From Candidatus Zestomicrobium tamdykulense (lineage in GTDB: Archaea > Thermoproteota > Thermoprotei_A > Sulfolobales > NBVN01), in contig JAVVFV010000006.1 in the NCBI GenBank assembly GCA_039889305.1, forward strand, positions 1-62,047: a stretch of 62,047 nt of DNA, written 5' to 3'. The notes under the pieces are model-generated. The model searched no databases, had not been told where the DNA came from, and saw only the letters and a list, made by a program, of their open reading frames with translations. Positions 44,755 through 54,813 of the stretch are shown here, in pieces (the first letter of the stretch is position 1; each line of letters begins with the position of its first letter). The translations under genes and the position numbers were made by a program.

Positions 44755-45368
44755 GTTATCAGTTCAGTAAGCAAAAATCTCGAGATAGCCAGTTCAGTGA
44801 AGAAAGCTTAAGTAATTACTGCAACGTAATTTTTGAGGTATTTACTCACGGTCTAGGTTCTGAAGAAGCTGATGAGGTAATTAATACTTTACGGCTCTTC
44901 AGCCCTAGGAAAGTTTATGTAAGCACTCTTAAGGAAATACCAGAATCTTTCTTTAATTTAGTTAGACACCAGTATGACGGATTCTCAATAACTAAATGGG
45001 TTAACTCATTACGTACGATGAAAGACTCAGTAGTTCTTGGAGTGATGAATGTAGACGCTTACGTAGATCCATTAAATTTCATTTTCGGTATTGCGTTACC
45101 AGAACTAAATGCAGCGACCGTATACGTGAGCAGACTAAGAATCAATGTTTCTCAGAAGGGATTCCTTGCTAGGGTAAGGAAAGAGGTAGTGCATGAATTA
45201 GGTCATGTTTTCGGGTTAAGACACTGCAAAAACAAGTTCTGCGTTATGTGTTTTAGTAATAGCTTAGCTGACGTAGACAAGAAAAACTTTAGAATGTGTA
45301 ACGCACACTACACGGAGCTAAAGAATAGACTGCCTTGCGTAAGTGAGGAACTACTGCTTAAGACCTAG
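44751..45368 (+). CDS. amzA: archaemetzincin zinc metalloprotease
   Basis: NFIFG.A, KEVVHELGHVFGLRHC...CVM.FSNS..DVD.K. Confidence 0.93.
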   Translation: MSYQFSKQKSRDSQFSEESLSNYCNVIFEVFTHGLGSEEADEVINTLRLFSPRKVYVSTLKEIPESFFNLVRHQYDGFSITKWVNSLRTMKDSVVLGVMNVDAYVDPLNFIFGIALPELNAATVYVSRLRINVSQKGFLARVRKEVVHELGHVFGLRHCKNKFCVMCFSNSLADVDKKNFRMCNAHYTELKNRLPCVSEELLLKT

Positions 45369-45436
45369 TCTTGATTAAAGACAGTCTCACTAAAACTTAT
45401 AGTGAGTTTTGAGATACTTCAGTAAGTCATTACAGG

Positions 45437-45693
45437 ATGCTACGGCTAGTCAAGAATAAAATAACCTTGACAGTAACTCTAGGAGATTTAACAGAGTTTG
45501 ACGGACTATCAGTTTTATTATGAGTATTGGACAAACGGTTAGTGGTTTATCACCTGAAGGATCTGTGAGATCTATGGTGGAAGCTTTTGAAGAGTTTAGT
45601 GAAGGACTCAACATATATTTATACATGACTAACGAGGAAGTATTTAAGAGAGTTATTAAGGAACTCACTATGTTAGGTTGGATTCCTAAATAA
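45437..45693 (+). pseudogene. internally deleted and frameshifted macrodomain (ADP-ribose-binding) gene
   Basis: Frame A: MLRLVKNKITLTVTLGDLTEFDG (macro beta1/GD motif), then stop. Frame B: ISFIMSIGQTVSGLSPEGSVRSMVEAFEEF...IYLY..NEEVF (macro C-terminal third). The central NAAN/GGG part is missing. Confidence 0.6.
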
Positions 45694-45984
45694 CTATTCG
45701 TCAATTATTTATTTCTTTATTAGGTGGTTGAAACTAGTGGGAAGTTTAAGAGTGTGGTTGCTGATACTAATTAAGGCGGGCTGCTACGAATAGTCAGAGA
45801 AACCTTGAAAAATCAACTAATGCTAACGTGTAGGGTCCTCAATCCTACAGAACTTAGAAACTTTTTAGTATGCAATTTCTTACTTTGTGCGAGTTCCGTA
45901 AGCTCACTATATTATTGGGTGAGTTCAAACAGTAATAAAGGATTTGATGGTTGGCACGTAACTATACGGAACTCAAATCCTTCA

Positions 45985-46686
45985 TCATAGTTCTCTGTGT
46001 CTGTATGTTGTGTCTTTTAGGTAGCCTTCCATTAACGTGAATGATCTGTCCATTAAGTCTAGGAGTCGGGGGTCGTGCGTGACTATGATTATGGTTGTTC
46101 TGAAGTCTTCTCTAATGTTCTTAAATAACTCTATGACTTTTAAGGCAGTATTCCAGTCTAGGTTGGCTGTTGGTTCGTCTGCTAGTAGTACGGAGGGTGT
46201 CATGACTAGTGCTCTAGCAATAGCTACTCTCTGTTTCTCACCACCACTTAAGAGTTTAGTTTTTACGTTAACCTTATTGTGTAGTCCAATATATTCTAGG
46301 ACCTCCCTAACCCTCCTACTTCTTTCTTCCTTACTTACTCCCGCGATCAGCATGGGTAACTCAATGTTCTCAAAAACTGTGAACTCCTCGATCACTCCAT
46401 AGTCTTGAGGTATGTAGCTAACTACGGTATTCCTAATCATCGCTAACCCGTTCTCGTCCAACATATTAAGGTTATATCCGTCAACGATTACCTCTCCTCT
46501 ATCAGGTCTTATGAGTCCAGCTATTAGCTTAAGTAGTGTTGTTTTGCCGGAACCGCTGGGTCCGTGTATACCTATAATCTCGCCTCTCCTGAATGAAGCG
46601 TTAATTTTCTTAAGTACAACTACCTTATTATTACCTTCATCGTACGTCTTCCACACATCCCTTAGTAGTACAACGACATCCTTCAT
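45985..46686 (-). CDS. LolD/MacB-type ABC ATPase
   Basis: GPSGSGKTT, LSGGEKQRVAIARAL, ADEPTANLD, VTHD. Confidence 0.93.
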   Translation of the reverse strand: MKDVVVLLRDVWKTYDEGNNKVVVLKKINASFRRGEIIGIHGPSGSGKTTLLKLIAGLIRPDRGEVIVDGYNLNMLDENGLAMIRNTVVSYIPQDYGVIEEFTVFENIELPMLIAGVSKEERSRRVREVLEYIGLHNKVNVKTKLLSGGEKQRVAIARALVMTPSVLLADEPTANLDWNTALKVIELFKNIREDFRTTIIIVTHDPRLLDLMDRSFTLMEGYLKDTTYRHREL

Positions 46687-46716
46687 GATTCCTCACTATA
46701 AATTAGTTTAGGGCTG

Positions 46717-47136
46717 TTATATTTGAGGGATAGAAGCAGTATTTCTAATGCTCTTATAAACTAGACTTAACACACCCAGTACTATAAGGAATGCTAGAGT
46801 TAGTGCTAGTGAAAAACTTACTACGTCAACTATTAGGTAGGGTAGTGAGAGAACGCTAGCTACTAACAAAGAATGAAGCAATATAAGTAACCTCACATTG
46901 TTAGGTCTTGAACCGTAAGCAAAGAGTACGTAGAGGAGTATTGAGTAAAGCCTGAAATCAATTATCACCATCGCGGCTGACGCCACCATAGTAATCAGTA
47001 AAGTTATGTAGGGTATTAAAGTGTTGTTTCTGAAAAACAATATTATGAATAAGTTAATTGAGGTTATTATTGAGATCTTGAGTCCTGAGCCTTTAGTGAC
47101 CGCCTTAACAAAAATTACGAGAATGTTGCTTCCCAA
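46717..47136 (-). CDS. small 4-TM membrane protein (FtsX C-terminal-like)
   Basis: Hydrophobic; LFAYGS loop resembles the FtsX L.alG motif; operonic. Confidence 0.55.
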   Translation of the reverse strand: MGSNILVIFVKAVTKGSGLKISIITSINLFIILFFRNNTLIPYITLLITMVASAAMVIIDFRLYSILLYVLFAYGSRPNNVRLLILLHSLLVASVLSLPYLIVDVVSFSLALTLAFLIVLGVLSLVYKSIRNTASIPQI

Positions 47137-48716
47137 GCCTTAACACCACCTACTATCCTAGATATGGCTAAAGCGTTAATACTCCTACTCATGGTCTCAG
47201 ATACTTCCTCAACCCCGAATATCATACTACTTATGTTTACGTATGTTCCTCCACTAGTGATGTTTATGAATATCGTTAGGTCTATTCCAGAACCCCAGGA
47301 ATCTACGTAATTCATTTTAGCGTGAATTAATGCTTCATTCTCCTCGATTTTCCACTCTACTTCTTCTGTCGTAAAGAACTCGTTTGTTTTGATTAACTTA
47401 ATAATGAGTTCCACTAGCTTCTTTAGGTCGGTTACGGGGGTCATTAGGACGTATCTAGGAGTTGGTGGCATGTATGCTTCCGTAACTAGTTTTTCTGGCT
47501 TAATTCTTAGGATGATGTATGTTGTTGAAGCGAACCACGAGATAATCAAGGTCACCATAGAGTTCAGTGTTGATGCTCCCCCCATCGAAACAAACACGTA
47601 TACGAGCGTAATGAGTCCCGGAAACATTATTGAGGTTAAGGTATATCCAATTATTATTATTGTTATTGCCCACGGCTGAAAACCCATGAAAGATATCTTG
47701 CTTCTTAGTTCTGTTAAGTAAGGCATAGTAGAAGAAAAAACCGATATTATTATTATTGAGGCAGTTACTGAAGAGAGAATAGCTGAAATTAACGAGTCTG
47801 GTGTAGGTATCCTAGTTTCTGAGATATAGGTCACTTGACCGTTGCCAGCCACAGCGACCTCCGTAACAGGGTATTGCGTCTCAAGAAGTTCGAAAACCCT
47901 CGTAGGGTCGGGAAGCTTGCTTAAGTTAGTTATTACTATGTCAGTAACTAACGGTTCTTCATAGTTCAAGACCTTCATTACGTTTTCGTGTGTTGAGATT
48001 AAGACGTGCTGTAGTGGTACGATGATGGGTTCTGTCCCGACGTATCCTTGAATAGGTATTAATGGAGTCTTGTAGAATATTGTATAGCTTCTCAGTAAGC
48101 TGCTGTTCACGTGAATTAAGGTAGTCTTTATTCTATCATTATTGATAAGTATGTAGTCTATCATAGACTCTTCTGGTACCTCGCTATAAATAAAAGAGAA
48201 CTCAGGTAATTCCTTACTGATGCCTAAGTCTTTTAGTATTGTGTTTTCAACACCTATCATGACATATATTAGCTTCTTGTTTTTTTCTAGTTGGTAGGGC
48301 TGATCTAGAACTGCTCTATAGAAGTATGTGCAGCTGCCTTCCAAGCCTAAATCTCTTAGTAGGGTTGAACAATCCTCAATATTGACTGACACACTAAACC
48401 TAGCAAGCATAGTGTATGAGGTGTTGGTAATTGATGGATCCTTAATAACGACTAGGTTATTCTCGTACCTAGTGTTTAGTCCAGACGTTATGACGGAGAG
48501 AATTGTAGCCAGTATTACTAAGTATGTGAAAGATCTCCTAAGTATGAGTAGGCTTAGCTTGTAAATACCGACTACTCTAGCAAGTCTAGCTTTAATAGCT
48601 ATCTTAAACTCTCTAGTCATGCCTGATTCTGCTTTGACATACTTGATAGCTGCGTAACTTGTAGCTAATACGACGAGTAGGTAAACAAGTAAGAAGATTA
48701 ACGTGTTAATGATTAT
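47115..48716 (-). CDS. FtsX/MacB-like permease, divergent
   Basis: TM, large extracellular domain, TM block with ISFMGF loop, cytoplasmic tail; reading frame extends 32 codons upstream of ATG 48620 through a TM helix. Confidence 0.6.
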   Translation of the reverse strand: MIINTLIFLLVYLLVVLATSYAAIKYVKAESGMTREFKIAIKARLARVVGIYKLSLLILRRSFTYLVILATILSVITSGLNTRYENNLVVIKDPSITNTSYTMLARFSVSVNIEDCSTLLRDLGLEGSCTYFYRAVLDQPYQLEKNKKLIYVMIGVENTILKDLGISKELPEFSFIYSEVPEESMIDYILINNDRIKTTLIHVNSSLLRSYTIFYKTPLIPIQGYVGTEPIIVPLQHVLISTHENVMKVLNYEEPLVTDIVITNLSKLPDPTRVFELLETQYPVTEVAVAGNGQVTYISETRIPTPDSLISAILSSVTASIIIISVFSSTMPYLTELRSKISFMGFQPWAITIIIIGYTLTSIMFPGLITLVYVFVSMGGASTLNSMVTLIISWFASTTYIILRIKPEKLVTEAYMPPTPRYVLMTPVTDLKKLVELIIKLIKTNEFFTTEEVEWKIEENEALIHAKMNYVDSWGSGIDLTIFINITSGGTYVNISSMIFGVEEVSETMSRSINALAISRIVGGVKAWEATFS

Positions 48717-50419
48717 AACACCCCGATCAAACTCATTAATACTGAAGTAGCCACGCCTAAACCAGCTCCTGCTAAAACCAGGCTTGAGTACGTGATTAAA
48801 GACTCGTAAACATCAACACCAATCCTAAAAGCCACGTACTTAACGACCGAGGCTACTATGAAGAGCATACCTAGATCCGGAGTTAAGGTAACCCCAATTA
48901 ATATACCGAATAACGAGACATTGCCGAGACCTAAAAATCTGAACACAATTATTAATAAGAAGGCTAAGAACAAACCAATAAGAATAGAATGCATATTGAA
49001 AGAAGTTAAGTACCCGTTATAAAGATTATTCATCCACATAACAAGCGGTACCCACCTGAGCAGGTTGAGTTTAGGTGATGTAAGACCAAAAGTATTGAGT
49101 AATACGTGCCCGTAGAAGAGAGTTATTGGTGCGCCTAAGAGTATTAGTAAAGCAAGTAAAAATGTTGAGACTTCAGCTCTGATCTCAAGAGTCTTGCCAG
49201 CCTTAACGTAATTGAGGGTGTTAGCAGCTACGAATTGAGGCATTGGCACTCCAGTATAGGGATCTAGAAACACGTACGGAGTAGCTCCTCTAGCACCAGA
49301 AAGAAATAACGTTAAGGTAGCTAGAGGTAAGGTTGCTTGTGAGACAGTTCCGGCCTCGCCAGCTACTCTTAGAGTAAAGATTGTTAAGAATATATGAAGA
49401 ACAACGATAATAGGAGTGACTAGAAGCATAGTTACTGTGGCTTTATGTAGGTAAACAACTGGAATAATTAAGCTACCTATAAGGAGAGCTGAAAAAAGCA
49501 GGTAACGTGTTAGATACCTACTAGAGTACACGTATTTCAGTGAGGTCTTGAAGTAGCCTCTACCAGTAACTACGTAGTATGAGGAAGCCACTATCAAGAA
49601 GCCGCTAATTAATGAAGCTATGTAGGGAGCGGCTGCAGTAGCTAGTGCGTGGTTATCTAAAGAAGGCAGAGATATTAGGAGACCTAATGAAGCAAGCAGG
49701 GGCGTCACTACTAGGTAGGTTAGTATATTACCAATCCCTATCCCGAGTGAAGTATTGAGAGGTATTAGTAGTGCTAGCGTTAAAACAAACACGTCCAGGG
49801 TTAAAGCTAAAGCAGCTCCAGGCGTTATTTTCTGCATGATAGACGTTATGTCGAGTGTTAAGCCTCCTAAATACATCGAGGAAAACTGCATTAAGAAACC
49901 TATAGATAGAGCTAACGCCAGATACTCCTTCCTAAGAACCTTACCAACCTGAACAACTCTGGCTATAGATGAGCCTATAGGGTAGGGTAGCTTTTCTTTC
50001 TCTATGTAGTGCTTATAAAAAACATACGCTATTAGGGATCCTGAGACAGATACTGCTGTAGCGTATAAATAAAATAGTAAGGTATCAATACTTAGAGAAC
50101 CGACGTAGTAAGTCCATGAGGGAAGTTCTAAGGTTGTTGTATCCCCGTAAGTGTTAAGCATTGTGTAAGTAATGTACATACCTGCTGTTAAGGTTGTTGA
50201 GATAGAGATTCCTGAAGCTATAGCAATCCCTAGGAAGTGTTCGAAAACTGATGGTGTTTTCCTGAAGATTACCCTATACAAAACAAGGAATATCACAGCA
50301 GATACTATGCCAGCTATCTCTGCCGTAGTGTAACCAGTTACTGCGTACCCGTAAGTATCTATGAAGCCCTGAAGAAGCCCAATCACCAAACCTAAAATAA
50401 TTGCTCTCGCTAGGTTCAT
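48713..50419 (-). CDS. OPT-superfamily oligopeptide transporter-like protein
   Basis: YIEKEKLPYP.G motif, about 14-16 TM helices, R.AGEAG. Confidence 0.75.
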   Translation of the reverse strand: MNLARAIILGLVIGLLQGFIDTYGYAVTGYTTAEIAGIVSAVIFLVLYRVIFRKTPSVFEHFLGIAIASGISISTTLTAGMYITYTMLNTYGDTTTLELPSWTYYVGSLSIDTLLFYLYATAVSVSGSLIAYVFYKHYIEKEKLPYPIGSSIARVVQVGKVLRKEYLALALSIGFLMQFSSMYLGGLTLDITSIMQKITPGAALALTLDVFVLTLALLIPLNTSLGIGIGNILTYLVVTPLLASLGLLISLPSLDNHALATAAAPYIASLISGFLIVASSYYVVTGRGYFKTSLKYVYSSRYLTRYLLFSALLIGSLIIPVVYLHKATVTMLLVTPIIVVLHIFLTIFTLRVAGEAGTVSQATLPLATLTLFLSGARGATPYVFLDPYTGVPMPQFVAANTLNYVKAGKTLEIRAEVSTFLLALLILLGAPITLFYGHVLLNTFGLTSPKLNLLRWVPLVMWMNNLYNGYLTSFNMHSILIGLFLAFLLIIVFRFLGLGNVSLFGILIGVTLTPDLGMLFIVASVVKYVAFRIGVDVYESLITYSSLVLAGAGLGVATSVLMSLIGVL

Positions 50420-51027
50420 ATTAACACATCACCTAGCAATTCATTTAACTTATCCTTAATAGTCTCAGCCATTTCCACTAGCTCAGGATTCCCCAGCTTC
50501 CTGACTAAATTAAGGTTTATTCTTAATAAATTAAGATATTCTGCCAGTTCTTTACTTCCTTCATTACCTAACGCAACAATCTTAGTGTAGTAGATTAGTG
50601 CCTCAAGTAATGCGTTATTAGCTCTGCTAAGAGCTAATTTAGATCCAGGACCTTCATGAACCTTCTCTACCGCAACTAGGAAAACAGCTCTATCATTAAC
50701 TAAGCCTAGTAGTTTGGTTCGTCCCCATACGTATAAATCAAAATCACCAATGATTACTGGTGGTGCTTCCAAAACACTAAAATCATAGTCTATTTCTTCT
50801 CGTTTAAAGATAGCTTTAAAAAAGTATCTTGCATCATGCGTAAAATTCAGAGATAATAGAGGTCTAGAGATTAAGTTTGCGTAAGTCTTACTACTCTTGT
50901 AAGGTTTAAGTATTAAGTATGACCCGCTATACTCTACACCCATAGGAGCTGCATGAGGTACTGATCCCTCATCTAGGGTTACAGCTATTGATTCGTGGTA
51001 CCCAAACCTGAGAAACTTACTAATCAC
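50416..51027 (-). CDS. DUF447 family protein
   Basis: ESIAVT, HAAPMGV, YKSSKTYANL, SRANNALLEA; GTG 51027 after a GGGGTG RBS is preferred over 51156. Confidence 0.85.
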   Translation of the reverse strand: MISKFLRFGYHESIAVTLDEGSVPHAAPMGVEYSGSYLILKPYKSSKTYANLISRPLLSLNFTHDARYFFKAIFKREEIDYDFSVLEAPPVIIGDFDLYVWGRTKLLGLVNDRAVFLVAVEKVHEGPGSKLALSRANNALLEALIYYTKIVALGNEGSKELAEYLNLLRINLNLVRKLGNPELVEMAETIKDKLNELLGDVLI

Positions 51028-51091
51028 TTCACACCCCACCCCCAACTCCAAGATACTTACGCAACTAAAACAAACTAATTTATTACGTAGT

Positions 51092-51826
51092 TTGTTTGAG
51101 TTTTGGAGGTGCGAGCTACTGAGCAACCTAATATGGACCTCACTACACGACATCATTAGGCGTGAGTTCGGGTTTAGTTATGAGGAGGATTTTGCTGCGG
51201 CTGAGGTTCTAGATCTAGTGTTGCAAGGGTTTAGTAAAACACGTAGCGAGACATTAGGAAGTTTAAGAAAACTTATTCAGGGCTCAAGAACCCTAGTAGT
51301 TGGTGCTGGCCCCGGCTGCGAGAAAATTTCTAGGTTTGTGAGCCTATATGATGTAGTAGTGGCTGCTGACGGGGCATTAAGATGTTGCCGCTACGCGGGT
51401 GTGGAACCTCAGGTAGTAGTCACGGATCTCGACGGTGTTGACTTAAGTGATTTAGTTTCTTTCAACGGTTTTATTGTGGTTCATGCTCACGGAGACAACG
51501 TAAATAAACTAGTGTCTTGGACTCCTTTACTAAAGAAGAAAAAAGTTCTGGGTACTTCTCAGGTCCTACACACAACATCTAACGTGAGTTTCTCTGGAGG
51601 ATTCACGGACGGAGACAGAGCTGTTTACTTAGTTCTAGAGAATGGTGCGGCTGAAGTAGGGCTCATAGGTTTTGATTTTAGGGGGATTGTGGGGAGGTAT
51701 TCTAAGCCAAACCTGAAAAACGAGATTCCAGCAAGTTCTGTGAAGCAAAGAAAGCTTTATTGGTGTAAAATCTTAATTGACTTAATGAGGCTGAATTACG
51801 GATGCAGGATAGACTACGTAGCGTAA
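51092..51826 (+). CDS. mptE: 6-hydroxymethyl-7,8-dihydropterin pyrophosphokinase (MptE/DUF115)
   Basis: GAGP, AADGA, VVTDLDG, VHAHGDN, GGFTDGDRA, K.RKL. Confidence 0.92.
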   Translation: MFEFWRCELLSNLIWTSLHDIIRREFGFSYEEDFAAAEVLDLVLQGFSKTRSETLGSLRKLIQGSRTLVVGAGPGCEKISRFVSLYDVVVAADGALRCCRYAGVEPQVVVTDLDGVDLSDLVSFNGFIVVHAHGDNVNKLVSWTPLLKKKKVLGTSQVLHTTSNVSFSGGFTDGDRAVYLVLENGAAEVGLIGFDFRGIVGRYSKPNLKNEIPASSVKQRKLYWCKILIDLMRLNYGCRIDYVA

Positions 51827-52752
51827 CGTTAAGAATCCCTTACAGACTTCACTTAGGTTTCTATAGGTATAGAGACTTCCCCTACTTATTCGGGTCTACT
51901 GGAGTAGCTGTAAAAGAACCTTACTTGGTAATGAAGGTTTCCAGGATAGAGGGATACTCTCTCAAGACTCCTACTACGGAGTCTGAAGAGATTATTTCAG
52001 AAGCGTTAAGAATGCTTGGTGTTAGAGACGGTATTAGCGTAGAAATTAATGGCTTCCTAAAACACCACGTAGGTCTTGGATCAAGAACGAAACTAGTAAT
52101 GGGTCTACTTAAATCACTTAAAATTCTTGGTTATCTCGAAGAGGAGACTCTCGTAGATCACTTAGCTAGGGAGCTTGGTGTAGGACATGTTTCAGGTATA
52201 GGCATCTACACATTCCTGCATGGAGGCTTCGTAGTTGATACTGGTGTTTATCAAGATAATGGTATTGTTAAGTATCCTGAGTTACTACTTAGGTTGAGAC
52301 CTCCTAGATGGAAAGTTTTAATCGTAGTGCCTGATAATGTTAAAGGTTTCCGTGAAGAGGAGGAAAAAGACGCCTTAAGTAATGTAGAGCCTCATAAGAA
52401 TCAAGCAGAACTTTACACTCTCCTCACCTACTTAATTACCTCAGTTAAACTAAACGATTTTCAGCTCTTCAGTAAAGCATTATCTAGAATACAGTTATTC
52501 GCAGGCCAGTACTTTAGTAGGTACCAAGGCGGTATTTATTCTAGTGAAGCGTCCGCCCTTATCGTTGAAACACTGAGTAGGAATGGTGTTACGGCATTGG
52601 GGCAGAGTAGTTGGGGACCTACTATCTATGGTTTTATTGAGAACTGGAGAAGAGTTGAAGGAATTATTAAAGCATTAAATGAATTAAGAACTTCTCTTAA
52701 GCTGAATTTCTGGGTCACGAAAGTCTCGGGTAGAGGGTGCTACCTCCTTTAA
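51802..52752 (+). CDS. mptG: beta-ribofuranosylaminobenzene 5'-phosphate synthase (GHMP family)
   Basis: RLHLG, HVGLGS.T, SGIG...F..GGFVVD.G, GQSSWGPT. Confidence 0.9.
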   Translation: MQDRLRSVTLRIPYRLHLGFYRYRDFPYLFGSTGVAVKEPYLVMKVSRIEGYSLKTPTTESEEIISEALRMLGVRDGISVEINGFLKHHVGLGSRTKLVMGLLKSLKILGYLEEETLVDHLARELGVGHVSGIGIYTFLHGGFVVDTGVYQDNGIVKYPELLLRLRPPRWKVLIVVPDNVKGFREEEEKDALSNVEPHKNQAELYTLLTYLITSVKLNDFQLFSKALSRIQLFAGQYFSRYQGGIYSSEASALIVETLSRNGVTALGQSSWGPTIYGFIENWRRVEGIIKALNELRTSLKLNFWVTKVSGRGCYLL

Positions 52753-52772
52753 TGATTTGTCTTCACACAGCA

Positions 52773-53744
52773 CTACACGTTAGTTAGTATGTAGTACGTT
52801 ATTAGTGAGAATACGGTGTTTATTAGTATGAATAGACTATACAGTTTTATCAGGTCCTTCTCTGTGAGAGGGTATCTCAGAACTAGCAACTGAACTAACG
52901 TAACCGGGGCTCTTCCAGACTTGTTAGGAGATATTCTAACGTCTTCTGTCAGTACTACAGGTCTTGGAACACTTTCTTTATTTTTGAATCCACCAATACT
53001 TGTTAGTATGCTGAAGCCATTGATTATTAGGGGTATATAAAGCATGAGTGCTAAGTATTCCCTCCTTAATAGTATAGCTTGAGAAGCTACTAGAGACCCT
53101 AATATGAAGGATCCGCTGTTCCCGTTGAATATTTTTGAAGGATACATGTTGAAGGGAAAGTAACTAATTAGGAAGAATACAACAAACAAAGCAAATATGA
53201 ATCCGTCGTCAGGCGGCTGAGGTTTGCCTATAGCACTAGATATTAGTAAAGCAATTGATGAGGTTAGTGCTGCTGTTACTGCGACGCCGTTATGCGTATC
53301 GATCATGTTATAAGTATTTATGGATACTGTGTAAGCTAGTGGTAAAAGTAACGGATACAATACATGTATTCTCAGAGGACCAACTAGCGGTACGTAAGGT
53401 CTTGGTATGTAAGCTGCACTCAGTAAAACCGGTAGTGATGGGAGCATGAGTAAAGTAACTTTCCATGGAGCTCTAAGACTTCTGAAGTCGTCATATAACC
53501 CTATCGCTCCAGCAATTATTGCTGCTAAGATGTGGTAAGTGACTAAGGTCGTGTTACTCATTAGTGAGAGAATAAACCCAACGAATAAGGTGATCATGAA
53601 TGCGGGTCCAGCGGTTCTGGGTATTCTTGGCTTGTTAGGCTTATGTATATCGGGAGCTACTACCCCTCTACTTTTCTCTATATTTATGGTGATATAGGTC
53701 GACACTAACGTGACTCCTACAGTCGTTAATACCCACTCAATCAC
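52773..53744 (-). CDS. aglH: UDP-GlcNAc:dolichol-phosphate GlcNAc-1-P transferase (MraY/GPT family)
   Basis: DIHKP, GLYDD, NTYNMID..NG, N.YPSKIFNGNSG, P.TL. Confidence 0.88.
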   Translation of the reverse strand: MIEWVLTTVGVTLVSTYITINIEKSRGVVAPDIHKPNKPRIPRTAGPAFMITLFVGFILSLMSNTTLVTYHILAAIIAGAIGLYDDFRSLRAPWKVTLLMLPSLPVLLSAAYIPRPYVPLVGPLRIHVLYPLLLPLAYTVSINTYNMIDTHNGVAVTAALTSSIALLISSAIGKPQPPDDGFIFALFVVFFLISYFPFNMYPSKIFNGNSGSFILGSLVASQAILLRREYLALMLYIPLIINGFSILTSIGGFKNKESVPRPVVLTEDVRISPNKSGRAPVTLVQLLVLRYPLTEKDLIKLYSLFILINTVFSLITYYILTNV

Positions 53745-53822
53745 TTACTTCACTCTAGTAATGTTTATTTCCGTATACCTTAAATAAGTTGCTGAAGTTA
53801 GATAGACTTGAGGTAGTGAGGT

Positions 53823-54713
53823 TTGAGAGTTGCTGTAATTCATGAGGCTCCAGTTCCTCCTCAGTCTGCTAGGGAACTACTTACAGAGTTACTGAAGAGG
53901 GGGGTTTCCGTCCTCTATTTAAGGATCTCAAGACTCAATAGTGAGGTCTTAAGAGATGGTGTTTTGAGAATTAGCTACGGTACTGATCACCTGATTGAGA
54001 TAGACGGTGGTTTAGTAAGAGGGGTTGGTTCTGTAGCGAGTATGGAAACCCTCCTAAAAAGAGTAAACACACTGAAACAGTTTGAGATGAGTGGTGTGCT
54101 CCTAGTTAATAATACTGAGGGGTTTCTGAACGCACGCGATAAGTATAGAGCGACTCAATTACTGGCTAGTTCCGGTGTCAGAGTTCCTGAAACCAAGATT
54201 ACGGAAGACGTTTACGTGTTAAGCGAGACTGTTAGGGCTTGGGGTAAGACAGTGATTAAGCCCTTGATAGGTAGCATGGGTTATGGCTCACTACTAGTTA
54301 CAGATCCTGACATAGCCTACATAATAGGTAAGACTTGGCTCAGTCATAGCCAGCCACTCCTAATACAGAAGTACACCAGATCTGGAGATCGAGACATAAG
54401 AGTCTTGGTAGTAGGTGACGAGATTTTGGGCGCTATATACAGATACAAACCTATGAACACGTGGAAAACCAACGTGGCTCAGGGCGCAAGAGTTGAGAAA
54501 GCACCAATAGATACCGAGCTAGCAGAGATATCAATTAGAGCTACTAAGACTCTGAAACTAGATTACGCAGGAGTTGACGTAGGTGAGACAGAGAATGGTT
54601 ACGTAGTTTATGAGGTTAACGCAATGCCTAACTGGCAAGGCTTCTACGCAGGTACAGGTATTAATCCAGCCCCCAAGATAGTAGACTACTTACTAAGAAA
54701 ACTGAGAAAATAA
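53823..54713 (+). CDS. RimK-family ATP-grasp alpha-L-glutamate ligase (MptN-like)
   Basis: ARDKY, VIKPLIGSMGYG, RDIRV, WKTNVAQGA, YAGVD, EVNAMP. Confidence 0.88.
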   Translation: MRVAVIHEAPVPPQSARELLTELLKRGVSVLYLRISRLNSEVLRDGVLRISYGTDHLIEIDGGLVRGVGSVASMETLLKRVNTLKQFEMSGVLLVNNTEGFLNARDKYRATQLLASSGVRVPETKITEDVYVLSETVRAWGKTVIKPLIGSMGYGSLLVTDPDIAYIIGKTWLSHSQPLLIQKYTRSGDRDIRVLVVGDEILGAIYRYKPMNTWKTNVAQGARVEKAPIDTELAEISIRATKTLKLDYAGVDVGETENGYVVYEVNAMPNWQGFYAGTGINPAPKIVDYLLRKLRK

Positions 54714-54813
54714 TTCTTGCTTAGAAACTAAAACAACTACGTACTCCTTACTTAATGGTAGAGGCTGCAGAACTTTGAACTTAGCTTAAGTTCGGTTAAC
54801 CAGTACGAGTGTT

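Noticed and set aside
45450-45990. ORFs 45450-45704 (minus) and 45805-45990 (plus)
   Set aside because: The first is antisense to the macrodomain remnant; the second has no coding hallmarks.
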